Assembly (NCBI RefSeq): GCF_001447785.1 | Contig: NW_015174274.1 | Coordinates: 1,067,440 to 1,131,439 of the forward strand | Source: Gekko japonicus | Taxonomy: Eukaryota | Reading direction: 5' to 3' | DNA length: 64,000 nucleotides | Part shown: piece by piece, positions 50,458 to 62,759 of the stretch | Position numbering within the stretch: the first letter of the stretch is position 1 | How the letters are laid out: each line of letters opens with the position of its first letter | The notes under the pieces: model-generated | The model's database searches: none | Told to the model about the DNA's origin: nothing | What the model saw: only the letters and a program-made list of their open reading frames with translations | Made by a program: the position numbers and the translations under genes

Positions 50458-50614
50458 TTTGCTTATAACGAGCAAGGAATCCTCCGCCTCCTAAAGAAAC
50501 ATCTGTCCTTAGTTTTATATACAAACTGTCCCCAGTAGATCGGATTGTGGGCGGTATCTGATTACCACAAAATTTGCCCAGCATCTTAGCACTGGTACTG
50601 TTGCCATCGTAGAC
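50458..50614 (-). CDS. CUBN: CUBN exon (~26), CUB7 C-half: VYDGNSTSAKMLGKFCGNQIPPTIRSTGDSLYIKLRTDVSLGGGGFLARYKQ
   Basis: tctgcag| ... |gtaagt; 157 bp. Confidence 0.95.
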
Positions 50615-51002
50615 CTGCAGATACACACAAAGACACAAGCTGCTGGTAAAATATCACTGCTGACTGCTCAACTGACCACATGCTGATATGGAAAAAACAG
50701 ACTATGTGAGCGAATTTGCTGTTGCATTTCTTGTATGCTGAAATGACCACCTGAAGAATACTGTGTTATGCAAGATACTATCAAATGTCTGCTGAAAGAT
50801 ATTTCTATTTCAATATTTGCTCCATTATGACACAATATTTTCAGCGTCAGTTGTTACAATATCCCCTAAAACTGTAATGACTGGAGAGGAAATCAGCATT
50901 ACTTGAAGCAGCGATGTCTCTTCTAGGTGGAAACTCAGAATTGGCATTGACATGTAGAGTGAGTCTCTATTGTTGGTGGTTGCCATGGTCCCCCCCCCCA
51001 CA

Positions 51003-51205
51003 AGGATAGTCCAGGATAGCCTGATCTTATCAGCTCTTGGAAGTTAAGCAGAGTTGGCCCTGGTTAGTATTTGGATGGGAGACCACTAAGGAAGTCCCAA
51101 GTTGCTATGCAGAGGCAGACAATGGCAAAACTCCTCTGAACATCTGTTGCCTTGAAACTCCTATGGGATCACCCTAAGTCGGCTGTGACTTGATGGCAAA
51201 AAAAA
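51003..51205 (+). mobile_element. 5S-derived SINE
   Basis: ctcttggaagttaagcagag..ccctggttagtatttggatgggagacc plus an A-rich tail. Confidence 0.8.
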
Positions 51206-51514
51206 AGTTGGCCCCAGCTCTAGAGAAGAGGTTGGGATTGAGAAGAAAGGGTGATGGGTCAAAAGAAAGAAGATGAAAGAAATGCAGTAGAAGGATTTCT
51301 CCAAGCCCAAGAATACGGGCAGCCCTATCTGTAGCCTGAGCTTCGGGGGTGTGGTAAGACAGCAGCCCCAACACTGGCAGTGGGGGAAGCATACAGTCCC
51401 AGGGATTGGTGTGATCAAGGCTTTGGGTTGTTTTATAGCCTTGTTCCTACCAGGTGTTCAGTTGCCCATGAGCTGGGTTGCTTTCATAGAAAGGCTGAGG
51501 TAACACTAGAGACA

Positions 51515-51778
51515 GTGGCAGCACCTGGGTTTTGGCCACTGTGTGACAGGGAGTGTTGGACTGGATGGGCCACTGGCCTGATCCAACATGGCTACTATTT
51601 TGTTCTTATGTCTGGGGCAGAAATACTCTGTCTTCTGGTGCTTGGGGGGGCAACAATGGAAGGCTTCTAGTGTCCTTGCCCCACTGGTGGACCTCCTGAT
51701 GGCTATTGTGTCAAACAGAGTGTTGAACTGGATGGGCATCTGGCCTGATCCAACATGGCCTTATGTTCTTATGTGCTT
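51515..51778 (+). mobile_element. Tandem CR1-3'-end-like repeat units
   Basis: Two units ending 'ctggatggg..ctggcctgatccaacatgg...gttcttatg'. Confidence 0.6.
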
Positions 51779-52209
51779 AGGAGTATGGGATGCCAAGCTT
51801 CCTGACATGGACAATGAAGGGGAAAGCTTTCTTTAACTGGGTGAGTTTAGGAGTGACTAGCAGCAATAGGCTGTCCTCTGAGACCAAGTCATGGAGTCTG
51901 TGCAAGATAAGGCTGGTGTCCATGCATCACTATGGGCAGCTGCAATCTCTGCTGCCATGGTGGCACTTTTCCAGCCAATGTGAAAGCAGGAATAGCTCCC
52001 TGAGTTATCTCTGTGTAGCAAGTTCAAACAGTACAATTCTCCACAGACATGTCAGCATCAACCCTACTTGTGTGTAGAAAAAAGTTTTTGAGAACTGTCC
52101 CTTAGTCAAAGATGATCCAACTGTTTTTGAGTGTACCTATAGAAACTCTCTCTTATGACAATATTGTGATCACCAGCCTTAGTGAGGTAGAATAAACCAC
52201 TCTACATAC

Positions 52210-52391
52210 ATCAACGTAATCAAATTGACAGCTTGCATGAGACTCTAGATGGAATTGATCAAACTGGATTTCAAAGGGGCTTCCATGACTTGACTTCAGC
52301 AGCCAGTAGCATTCAGCATTGCGGTGATAGGGCAAAGGGTAGTTGGGAGACATGAAGATTCCAGAAGAAGTTGTAAGGGTTCCACCACAAC
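52210..52391 (-). CDS. CUBN: CUBN exon (~25), CUB7 N-half: (G)CGGTLTTSSGIFMSPNYPLPYHRNAECYWLLKSSHGSPFEIQFDQFHLESHASCQFDYVD
   Basis: cttttag| ... |gtatgt; 182 bp. Confidence 0.95.
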
Positions 52392-53010
52392 CTAAAAGAA
52401 AAATGCAAAGAAATTCACCTGTACTGATCAGCATCTGTTTTCTCCCACAGTTAATGATTATTGAGACATCTTTTCAATGTGGGAACATTCCTTCATAACA
52501 TATTTCATTTTCTGTTGGAAATGTTTAAAGTTCCTAATTATACTAATTCTCCCCAAGGAATGTGCAGTTGTTATATAATTTATACCCCTGAGATTATCAA
52601 TTCCATTTTACAGATGTAGCCCCTTTGAGTTCCCTTCCACATGTGCTGCTACTGCATGGGACCAGTGGGAACACATAGGAGCAGCCTTCCCCATGCTTCT
52701 GTTGAGTGGCTCCAAGACTCCCCATCTTGGAGTCAGGCAGCGGCAGAATAAATGGGAGGGGGTCATGCCTCCTCCCTTGCCATGTTCCCATCATTTTGGG
52801 CAGCAAAATCAGCTAATTGGCCCCAGGTCCTCCAGTAAGCTTCATGGCAGAATATGGGTTTGAACCTGGTGTGCCAGATCTTAGTCCAACATTTTAACCA
52901 CCAGACCACACTGACCCTCACACTGTGGCAGACAAGTTGGGAAAACCCTAATATCGTTTATTCCTACTTCCAATTTGAGAAATGGCATTCTACGTTTGGC
53001 ATTATTTTAC

Positions 53011-53171
53011 CTGTTGATGTTCCATCCCAGTAAGCTGAAAATCCAGTGCTGGTGATAAGTACATCACTTACAAACTTTATCCATAGTTTGTTACTATGGG
53101 AGATAGTCATTGGAGGCAAAGTATCTCCACAGTATTTCCCACGTAATGGTGAGGTCTCATAACCACCATCT
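53011..53171 (-). CDS. CUBN: CUBN exon (~24), CUB6 C-half: DGGYETSPLRGKYCGDTLPPMTISHSNKLWIKFVSDVLITSTGFSAYWDGTST
   Basis: gattatag| ... |gtaaaa; 161 bp; translated manually (not in ORF track); strong match to human DGGYEKSPLL...SHSNKLWLKF...GFSAYWDG. Confidence 0.95.
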
Positions 53172-54325
53172 CTATAATCAGAGAGAACATACGTCAGGGG
53201 TTATACTTAATTATACTTCACAGAAGCAGGCAAAATAATTGTCTGACCATTTCACTATGCACTCAGATCGTTATTCTGCCCATGCCCACCACTGAACATG
53301 CTCCTCTGAATCAGCACCAACTACCTGCATGAGTTCCAGAGGGGTAGCTATATTATTCCATTGGAGTAACATTAAACAGGAATTGTGCAGCACTTTTTTA
53401 AAGACTTGATGAATTTTCATGCTAGCATATGCTTTCATGGACCATTTTGTATGATGCATGTATCAGCAGTTCCATACCCATCTGCATGTCATCCTAAATT
53501 TGAATCTATGCTATATAAGCAAATGGGGTAAAAATGTTGAGATACATAAAATCCTATCTTCAATTAAGGGACTTGACCAGATGATACTTCAGGACAGTAC
53601 TTTAGTGAAAGAGCATATATTTTGCATGCCCAAGTTCTTGGGTACAATTCCTGGCATCTCCAATTAAAAGGAACTCAGGTGGAAGTTCTGGAAAGGACAC
53701 CTCTGAGTTCCTGAAAAGTCATTGCCAGCCAGAGGAGATGACGCGTAACTAAACTGTGGAGAAAATGATGTGGCATTCATTGATTTACTGTATTTCTATA
53801 ATGCTTTTGGATGTTCAAACCAGAAACCTGACACATTAAAACATTAACACAAACTCTGTTAAATTCAAGTCAGGACAAAAAGCCAGCCTAAGTAATGCAG
53901 ACTTACACTGCCACCAAAAATGGTTGAGAAAAGAGGTGTCCCTTACTTCCAACGGGCAGCCCATTCCCTAAGGATAAGACCACCATAGAAAATATTTTTG
54001 CCTGACAATCTCTCCCTTTAAGGAGGGGAAAGAAATCAAACCTTGTTGTGAGAATCTTAAGGTCCACCCAGGTTTATATGGGGAGGGGCAGGCCTGCAAC
54101 TATGAGGGACCCAGACTGTCAAGGGTTTTAAAGGTCAAACCCAGCACCTTGACTTGGAACCAAGGCAAACGGATAACCAGGGCAGCTTCTGTAAACCTGC
54201 TGCCATATATATTCTTAATAAAAGGCAATTTCCTGTATGCTCATATAGTGTGCCTCTCTGCCTTACAGTTCTCTTTAAATCTTTCAAATATCACTATAAA
54301 GATAGCAAGAATAAAATGCACTTGC

Positions 54326-54509
54326 CTGATTTCTACATAGTCCCTTGTACAACCTGCACGCTCCAAGGAGAAATTGGTGAAGTGCAAAGCAATCTGTTTG
54401 TTGATCCCCACAGTGATCCTGTATATGCACGTCATTCTGTTTGGGTAGTGGTTAGGGTAATTTGGAGACGATACCACACCAGTAGCTTCTGTGTAGTCGT
54501 GTGAACATA
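54326..54509 (-). CDS. CUBN: CUBN exon (~23), CUB6 N-half: (V)CSHDYTEATGVVSSPNYPNHYPNRMTCIYRITVGINKQIALHFTNFSLERAGCTRDYVEI(R); GC donor
   Basis: ctttcaag| acceptor; ends AG|GCAAGT; the phase-2 end matches the next exon (AG|A = Arg). Confidence 0.92.
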
Positions 54510-55148
54510 CTTGAAAGAGAATAGAGCAAAGCATCTAAATGACTTGCACTGAATTCTAAAAGTCACAGGAAATAAAGCCACACTGAAAACACCTTCACAG
54601 AACACAAAGAAATGGGAAACAGCTCTGCAATTAACAGCAAATTATTTTTGATTGGCCATTGGGTGAAAAGTAAGCTTGCTAAAGCTCCTGTGTAAAACCC
54701 AGGATCCATGTAAGATTTCTAATCTTGACATTACTTAGTATACAATTTTACTTTATAGTCTGGACTAAGGGTAGGATTTTGTGGAACCATCCTCTCCAAG
54801 AGGCAGGGCCTTCTTGACTGCTGCCCCAGTGCTCTTGAATGCCTTCCCTTGGGTGCCTCACCTAGATCTCTTTCTGTTAATATTGTGCAGACTAGATATG
54901 AAAACCATTTTTGTTTCATCTGGCAGAAAATACTGCAAACAATTATTATGTCTGGCTTTTGTTTTCTTTCCTGCTTAGAACATAAAAGCAGCCATGCTGG
55001 ATAACACCAAACGTCCTCCTTCCTGTTTCACAGAGTGGTCAACTAAATGCCACTGAAGGCCTGCAAGGAGGGCCCAGAGGCAAAGCCTTTCATCATTGCC
55101 TCCAGTACTGAACCTTAGAGGCCCAACCAGGCCTTGGTGACTAATGAG

Positions 55149-55543
55149 CAGGGCTTTTTTTGTAGAAAAAGCCCAGCAGGAACTCATTCGCATAATAGGC
55201 CACACCCAACAGCAGGAATCCGTTAGCATATTAGGCCACACCTCTGACAGCACAACTCATTGGCATATTAGGCCACACCTCCATGTTACCAGAAGTGTGG
55301 TCATCCAGCCACACCCACCTTTTGCTTCTTATTCTGTTTACCTTGTTTGTTGTCAAAACCCAGGGCTTTTTTGTAGCAGGAACTCCTTTGCATGTTAGGC
55401 CACACACCCCTAATGTAGCCAATCCTAATGAGTTTCTGCTGTTGGGTGTGGCCTATTATGCTAATGAGTTCCTGCTGGGCGTGGCAAACTTGGGAGCCAG
55501 CTGGAACTCTGTTCCTATGCGTTCCTGCCCAAAAATAGCCCTG
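55149..55543. mobile_element. hAT MITE (CAGGGCTTTTT TIR)
   Basis: cagggcttttt/aaaatagccctg; perfect TSD CTAATGAG. Confidence 0.9.
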
Positions 55544-58091
55544 CTAATGAGCAATCCCAGGCATCACAATGGCAGAAGCAAGGTGACTCTGTGGCCCTCA
55601 CATGCCACATAACTCCTGCTATTAAAGGGGAAACTTCCTAGTCCCAGCACTAAAAGGCCTTTAAGTGTAGACACAGTACAAGTTTTGACAATTTAACACT
55701 GCAAAATAGGTGCATAATGCTCTTTATACTACGCTTTGCAAACACTTAATCTCATAATTCTTTCCAGTAAAATGTGCAAAAAAGAGAAAACGTGGTTGAG
55801 GCTCCCACTGGAAGAAATCAATTAACTACTTATCAAAATGGCCTTTTTTGTTGTGATTCTCCCACAGTACTCAAAGAGGGACTGAGAAATCTAAAAAGCA
55901 ATTGGACAGTTGTTTGGTATACCCACTTTTGTTAGAAGGGCACTATGTCCAGAAGAAATTAAATACAGATGACTAAATATTAAACATCCTGCTTGGCTAG
56001 TGTCTTTTCTTGCAAATCCATCCAACACCATTACAGTAACTGCTCTGTTTTGCATTTTTCCAGTTGGCTCTTGTTGGTATCAAGGCATCCAGCTACTGGA
56101 TTAAATGCTATTTCTGTGAGTTATGAGCATTATAAATTACGAATTATGAGTGGTTTCCTTTGTCACAAGTTGGTTAATGTCCTGATGTTATTAATAAAAA
56201 ATTGGTGAAACTGGTGCTCCAACTCATATTTTTAATGTATGACTTTCAGTTAGAAGAGCAAATTTGTACTGAATGGTCATGCACAACTTTGTTTGTGTGA
56301 AGACTGCAGGTTCTGATCCAAGTACAAGCTCTCTAAAGGAGTACAAGATGCTCTGAAGGAGAGGGCAAAAAGCAAACCTGGAAGCCCGTAGAGAGTGAAA
56401 AGAACATTAAAACACCATTTGGCTGTCTCTTTTCTCATGCACCCTTGTACAATTTGGAAAAAAACTAAAGTTGGGACATCCCCCCCCCCCAAAAAAAAGA
56501 GAGTTAGATTTATGCTTTGCCAAAATCCTTCTTTTGAAAAGCCAAATAAAGAGTCTTGCATCACATATGTTTTTTCCCCTTTTAATGTGATCCCTCACTG
56601 TCAAAAGAGAATTGCCATTTTCCTGAGAGTACACATGCTCCTTTTGTCCTGATATTTGCCACCTCCTCCAAACCTCCAACTCACCCTTGCATCCCTACCA
56701 AACAGAGTCTTTTTACAGGCAACAGGAGAAAATATCGGCACTTGAAGCCCTGCTGGTGCTGGCACATGATAACATAATGAACTGACTTAATTTTACTAAC
56801 TCAGAAAAGAGAAAGACTGCAAACAAAGATCCTTTGTGAAGGAGTTCAAAAGGAAGCTTGTTCAGAAACAAGACGTTCAAATTGAATGTCCTCTCCAGCT
56901 TCAACGGCTTGAGATCCATGCCGTTGCCAAGCGGGACATTAATTGCCAGGCTTTGCCCACTCAAAATCCAGGGAGTAAGCAGAATCGTCTCTTCCCCTGC
57001 AGTTATGACTGCTCAGGGTTGCTTAAATTTGCAGCTTTTCTCAGGCCATCCCAACGAGCTACTTCTAACAGGGCATTCTCTGAACTATGGCTCCGGGGAC
57101 AAATGTGGCTCATTACAGAACCAAATATGGCTGTGTAAGAAAGACATTTAAATCTTGATACTAAATGTATATTGGAGGTGTAGGCTGTATGCAAGAACCA
57201 CCAGTACGTTAAATGAACGGCACAGGAAGATGTTTGTGAGATTACAGGGTCTCTTAAGGATACTTTACAGAAAAGAAACTGAAAGAGGTGAACAGTTGTC
57301 CGTTAAAACACATGACAATGATCAGAAATGTTAAGCCATATATTTTCAACTGTTTAAATGGCAAGACCAGCCTCAGTGAATTGGGGGCCTTGGGCAAAAG
57401 TCCAGGATGAGGTCCCAGAATCCCTTCTGCCCCCCACCAGCCCCTTCCTGAGTCACCAGAGACTCAAGAAAGGGGTGGCCCTCACCCCAGGCAAGACAAG
57501 CAGGTGCGTGTGGTGGCTGCCAGTACATCTGACTGCGGCCCAGATCCCAGTGAGAGAGGCAAACACAGTGACTGGTGAGCCAACGAGCTGCTATCCAAGT
57601 CCTGGAGGTAGGTAGGCGTCCCTGGACACATCTGGCTCTTTCTCTTCTTTCCCCTTCTGTCAGGGGAAGGGTGGGGCATGGGTGGTCAGGAGCCCTCCCC
57701 AGCCCAGGGTCTGGGACAACCATGGCTATGACTTACCCTGGCAAATGGGCTTGTATACACTGGCTCTTTGTTGAGCTCTCTCCCTTGCTCTGAATTTTGA
57801 TGTAGTTTGGCTCTTTGATGATAAAAGGCTGCTGGCTCCTGTTATGAGATATCCATATTCCTTTACGTGAAGGGCAGTGGCCCAGTGATAGACCACATAC
57901 TTTGCACGCAAATGGTCCCAGGTCCAGCCCCTGGGTATCTCCAATTAAAGCATCTCATAGAACACGTTGGGAAAGGCCTGAGATGCTGGACAGTCTGTGC
58001 CAATCAGAGTGGAGAACACTGAGCTAAACTGATGCAATGGTCTTGCTCAGCACAAAGCACCTTGCATCCCCCTTGTAACAGAATATTCTGT

Positions 58092-58788
58092 CAGGGGTCC
58101 ACCAGCATGGTGCCCTGCCCACTGACACCTTTCCTGGTGCCCACCAAGTGTTTTGAGAAAGTGGGTGGGGCCAGTGGGGGCTTTTGCCTAGAAAAGTTTC
58201 TGATTGTCCACTGGAGATTTGATTGGCTTTGCAGATTTTTTAAAACGTTGCTTCGGCCGCAGCTGCTAACACAGCACAAAGATCTTCGTTATGTGATCGA
58301 AGGTGTACTGCAGCAGCCATTTCATCACCGGCTTAGGGTTGCCAGGTCCCTTTCACCAACCGGAGGGGAATGGGAGGGACGTTCCGGGAGTGGAAAGTGA
58401 TGTCCCCCCCCATTCCCCCCAAAACAGTGACATTGTGCATGATGTGCCTGCGTCACCCAGAAGTGGCGTTGGCACATCTGTGACAATGGGGGCAACCCAA
58501 AAGCCAGAGCATCATCCCCAACGTTGCCAACATGCCAACATCACTTCCGAGTGACTCAGGCATGTCACGTGTGATGTCTCTGTTGGGGGAGGGGATTCCC
58601 TCCCACTCGCCAGCTGGCTGGCAGCAGGCAGGAGCCCATAAAATCAGGGGAATCCCCAACCCCACCAGACAAATGGCAACCCTAGGCTGGCTCCACTTCC
58701 TGCAGCGGCCATTTTGTGGCTGCACCTTTTGCACACTGTTTCAGAATTCCAAAGGTGCCTGCAGGCTCAAAATGGTTGGGGGCCCCTG
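58092..58788. mobile_element. hAT MITE (CAGGGGTCC TIR) with a nested TAGGGTTGCCA MITE at 58334-58684
   Basis: Two sets of TIRs, one inside the other. Confidence 0.75.
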
Positions 58789-60595
58789 CTCTAAGCAATC
58801 TATATGCACTCTGTGGGGATTAATGTTACTTTCTGGAACTCATACTCATAAACCATTAAATTGCCAAAAAGCTGAAATCATGAGAACCATGATGAATTAG
58901 TGGTTTCATGTTAGCTTTCTGAGTACTTGCAAAATAATCCTTGTCTTACTGTAAGCAGAACCCCAGGGGGACTGAAAGCATATTGTTAAATCTAAACTTA
59001 TCTCAGTTTAGTCAGTGTCTGGATTGGAGACTGCTTAGGAGCTCCATGGAAGGAAGTACAACTATCGTAAGTTAACAAAGTTTTAAAACTCTGTTCCAGA
59101 GTCAGCAGGACAGTCATCACTTCTGACTTCATGAGCTAAGTTTATAAGAACAAGAAGGCTACACATTTTCACTTCAATATTTTTTTTAAGTTATGATCAG
59201 GAAAAAGGTAAACTAACAGAGATAAGCAATTCTCCCACTGACCTGATTAAATGTGTCATGGGAAAGGGAGTCACATGTTCATATCCGACACAGGATAAGG
59301 TCTTTTTTAATACAAAAAATGGTACATGCAGATGAGGAAAGCCCTTCACCTCCTTCCTTCACTGCACTCCGGTGTTTGAAGCGTTCCCCCCGCCCAGTTC
59401 AGCTTCAGTACCAGTAGGGAGGGGGAATGGAAGAAAAATGCTTCAAGCAACACAGTTTGGTGAGGTAAGGATGGGGAGAACCCAGGGCATAGCCATCCTC
59501 TCCCACATATTCCATTTTCTGTAAAGGAGGGGGGAAATCAGGCTCCACCTCAGGGTTTAATCCTGCATATAGTGGCCTGAATAGGGAGGCGCTGTGGCAC
59601 AGCGGTAGAAAGCCTGCTTTGCATGCACACAAATCCTTTGAAATGGCTCATTTGTGTTCGGGTTTCTTTGCTTGAATTTCCTAAATCAGTCATAACTGTC
59701 ATGGATTTGGTAAATATTGGCTCAGGTCCAACAGGGCAGATTTCAGGAACTTGATGCAGTGCTGTATGCTCCACTGAATTGTGGATGTGCTTAACGAAAG
59801 GAAGGAAGTCTTAACTCCTCCTGCACATCAAAGATTGTTTGAAAGGAGAATAAGCAATCAGGATTTTCACAGCAAGTTTTAGCCCTGATTTTGTTATCTG
59901 GAAATATGAGCCCTGCCATTGAACCCTCTCCTTCTAAATGCGGAATTATAAATTGCAGATTGCTGCATCGCAATTCTTGTCTTCTGTCCACCCCCATGAT
60001 ATTTTACCCTCTCTTTATGGGGGGGGGGGAGTGGATGTGTGAAAGGTTGCTGAGATATAAAGCCCCAACAATTTTTTAATGCACATACAAAGCTCTATAT
60101 AAGCAGGGACTGCACTCATTGACTTCAATGGCAGAAAAGTTCCAAAGTGGTCCTAACATAGTAGCCCATGACTACAAGAGCTGCATGATTTTAATATTGT
60201 TTGTGATTTTCCAAATTGCACAAAAAAGCAGCTCCTTATATCTCAAATGAGTACTGCCCATAGGAAGCAGAGAACATATTGCATCCTTACAACTGAGAAC
60301 CTGGATGCCTTAAGGCAAAACACACGGGTCAAAGTCAAATGGTGCAATGAGGAGCAGAATCACCCCCAAACCAATAACTGCTGCACCCCAACCATTTGGC
60401 CTGATTCAAAAACTAGACAACGACCTTGCTAGTCAGCTAGGTGAAGCCCAGATTCTTACAACTGTACAGCTTCTCGACAGGGAGGCTGAGTGGCAGTGGC
60501 CACCAGCAGCACACAAGGCTGGCAGCAAGAGATCTCTGCATTAGGTGGCACCCTTTGTTGAACCATGGCTGGGTATGGTGAATATAACGTTGTAC

Positions 60596-60726
60596 CTCCA
60601 GAAGCATTCAGTGAAGCATAATTGGCTGCAAATCCCTCTGAGGCTGTGTCGCGATTTGTTACAAAATACAACATCAAAGTGCTGCCGCTACTGGTAACAG
60701 ATGGTGGAATTGACCTCCCACAGTAC
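60596..60726 (-). CDS. CUBN: CUBN exon (~22), CUB5 C-half: (R)YCGRSIPPSVTSSGSTLMLYFVTNRDTASEGFAANYASLNASG
   Basis: ggtacag| ... |gtacaa; 131 bp; inside ORF 60456..60746. Confidence 0.94.
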
Positions 60727-61039
60727 CTGTACCAAACCAGTGACAAATAACAGATGTTTATTTATTAGATTAAATGCATATTATACACCAGTTGGGAAAA
60801 AAATCAATATTTATATGATGGTGGTGGTCCTGAATTACTGCATATCAGCTTCTTTCTACAGTCTCAAATTCTAGTCTTTTGAGAGAGAAAGAAGAGTTCT
60901 GTTTATCCTCCCCATGCATAACTTTACAATGTCTATTATATCTCCATTCAGTCATATTTAAAAGCGCTGAATTATTGAGTTTTTCCATGTAGAACAAATA
61001 TACATCAACAGGACTGCTCATAAATATTATGCATCAAGG

Positions 61040-61122
61040 NNNNNNNNNNNNNNNNNNNNNNNNNNNNNNNNNNNNNNNNNNNNNNNNNNNNNNNNNNNNN
61101 NNNNNNNNNNNNNNNNNNNNNN
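61040..61122. other. Assembly gap removing the 3' part of a CUBN exon
   Basis: N run abutting the open CUB5 reading frame. Confidence 1.
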
Positions 61123-61259
61123 AGATGTGATGGTCAGACGGATCAAATAACCAGGCTGGACTAAGATGGTCCATCTACATTTCACACCATGTGGGTAACG
61201 GACTGGATATCCAGGACTTGAGATAGTTCCATCTGGTTCTGTGAGAGTCCCTCCACATG
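61123..61259 (-). CDS. CUBN: CUBN exon (~21), CUB5 N-half, 3' part lost in N-gap: (A)CGGTLTEPDGTISSPGYPVRYPHGVKCRWTILVQPGYLIRLTITS...
   Basis: Acceptor gttatag|; the open frame runs into gap 61040-61122, so the donor is not visible. Confidence 0.92.
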
Positions 61260-61484
61260 CTATAACATAGGAACACAGTGCACTGAACAAGGCAGAAAAA
61301 ACACCCACAGAGGCAGCTCATAAACCCTTAAAAACCATGTCCTTTACCTTGTCGTCATAATTCTCTAAATTTTTGAGAGATTGCATTGCCTATTTTAGCC
61401 CACTAGTAATCCCAACACAAATTTAAATGGCTTTCATTGTGTGAACCCTGATAACCTGGTAACAAAGTAGAGAAAAACCTTTAC

Positions 61485-61647
61485 CGACATCTAAAGACTT
61501 GTATTCAGCCATGAAGCCGAGGTTGGTAACAGAGGATGCTCGGAATTTTATGTAGAGATAGTTCTGGGTCGACTGAATGATTGATGGTGCAGTGACACCA
61601 CAGTATTTCCCCAAAGAAGGAGAATTCACATTGTTTCCATCTCTGAT
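61485..61647 (-). CDS. CUBN: CUBN exon (~20), CUB4 C-half: IRDGNNVNSPSLGKYCGVTAPSIIQSTQNYLYIKFRASSVTNLGFMAEYKSLDV
   Basis: ccttcag| ... |gtaaag; 163 bp; phase 0 to 1; overlaps ORF 61423..61629. Confidence 0.94.
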
Positions 61648-62319
61648 CTGAAGGGTGGAAGGTAAAAATCAGTATCTGTATCAATAACATGATAGACAAC
61701 ATTTCATTGAAACCATACAGCACATACAAAGAGTAATTCTCGTGGCTTAAATTAGTTCAATATGCTGGCGATACAGAATTGTTCTTCTGTCTATATCTAG
61801 AAACTATGCAGCATGTGTAGGCCCAGATAAGTAACTGGGTAACAGATGGATGTAAGAGGTCATTCCAGGTTCTGCAAAACAGTCTTCTACAGTGATCTCG
61901 AAGCCGACTTGTTTTGTTAATGCACACAGCACAAGCACCAACCAAACTGATCTAAGACTACTGTTAGCTGTGTGAAGATATCCAAATATTCAACATGACT
62001 GTGCAAACAACTAAGGCACAGTTGATGGATGCAGGAGAATGAGGTGCAGAATCCTGAGGTGGTATAACACATAGATAGCACCATTTTAAACTGCTGGGGG
62101 AGGATCACATTTTGAAATGTTTTTTCTATGTTAAAATCCCCTACAATTTTTTAAAAAGAAAATCAGCACAGCAAGCAGAAAGATGGCATAGACCCTTTCT
62201 GCCTGTTGCACCAGTCTTCTGTTCATGTTTACTCTCTCTTATGGGAAAGATGATTCCAAGCTGCAATCTAACATCTGCCATCTGAAGTGGGGCAGTCCAT
62301 TCCACCACCTCAGAACTCT

Positions 62320-62430
62320 GCTTCCTCATTCTCCTGCATTGTGAGCAAGTCTGTACTTTAAAAAAAAGACATGAGCTTCCTCATTCTCCTGCATTGTGAG
62401 CAAGCCTGTACTTTAAAAAAAAGACATGAG
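62320..62430. repeat. Tandem duplication, ~55-bp unit x2
   Basis: gcttcctcattctcctgcattgtgagcaag...aaagacatga occurs twice. Confidence 0.85.
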
Positions 62431-62444
62431 GTTATTCATTTAAC

Positions 62445-62759
62445 CAGGGGTCGTTTCGTAGAATAACTCATTAGCATATGCCACACCCCCTGACATCAGG
62501 GGCCCGGCGGTGGACCTGCAAGGCCGGCGAAAGTGCGAGGAAGCCCCGCCAAGGCCCTCCCTGGCCCCAGGCAGGCAGGGGTGAGGAGAGGTGGGGAGGA
62601 AGCAACTTACCCTCCCTCTTCTCCTGCCTCCTCCTGGCTGAATGAGGGCCGGAAGCGGGGCGGCTGGAAGACAGGGGTGGGNNNNNNNNNNNNCCCCGCC
62701 CCCCGCTAATGAGTTGGGGGAACTGCGATCCCCCACAATCCCCCCCGAATCGACCTCTG
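62445..62759. mobile_element. hAT MITE (CAGGGGTC family)
   Basis: caggggtcgttt/aatcgacctctg; perfect TSD CATTTAAC; small N gap at 62682-62693. Confidence 0.88.

Noticed and set aside
57870-57950. tRNA gene
   Set aside because: Degenerate tRNA-like head continuing into a SINE body; no intact cloverleaf.
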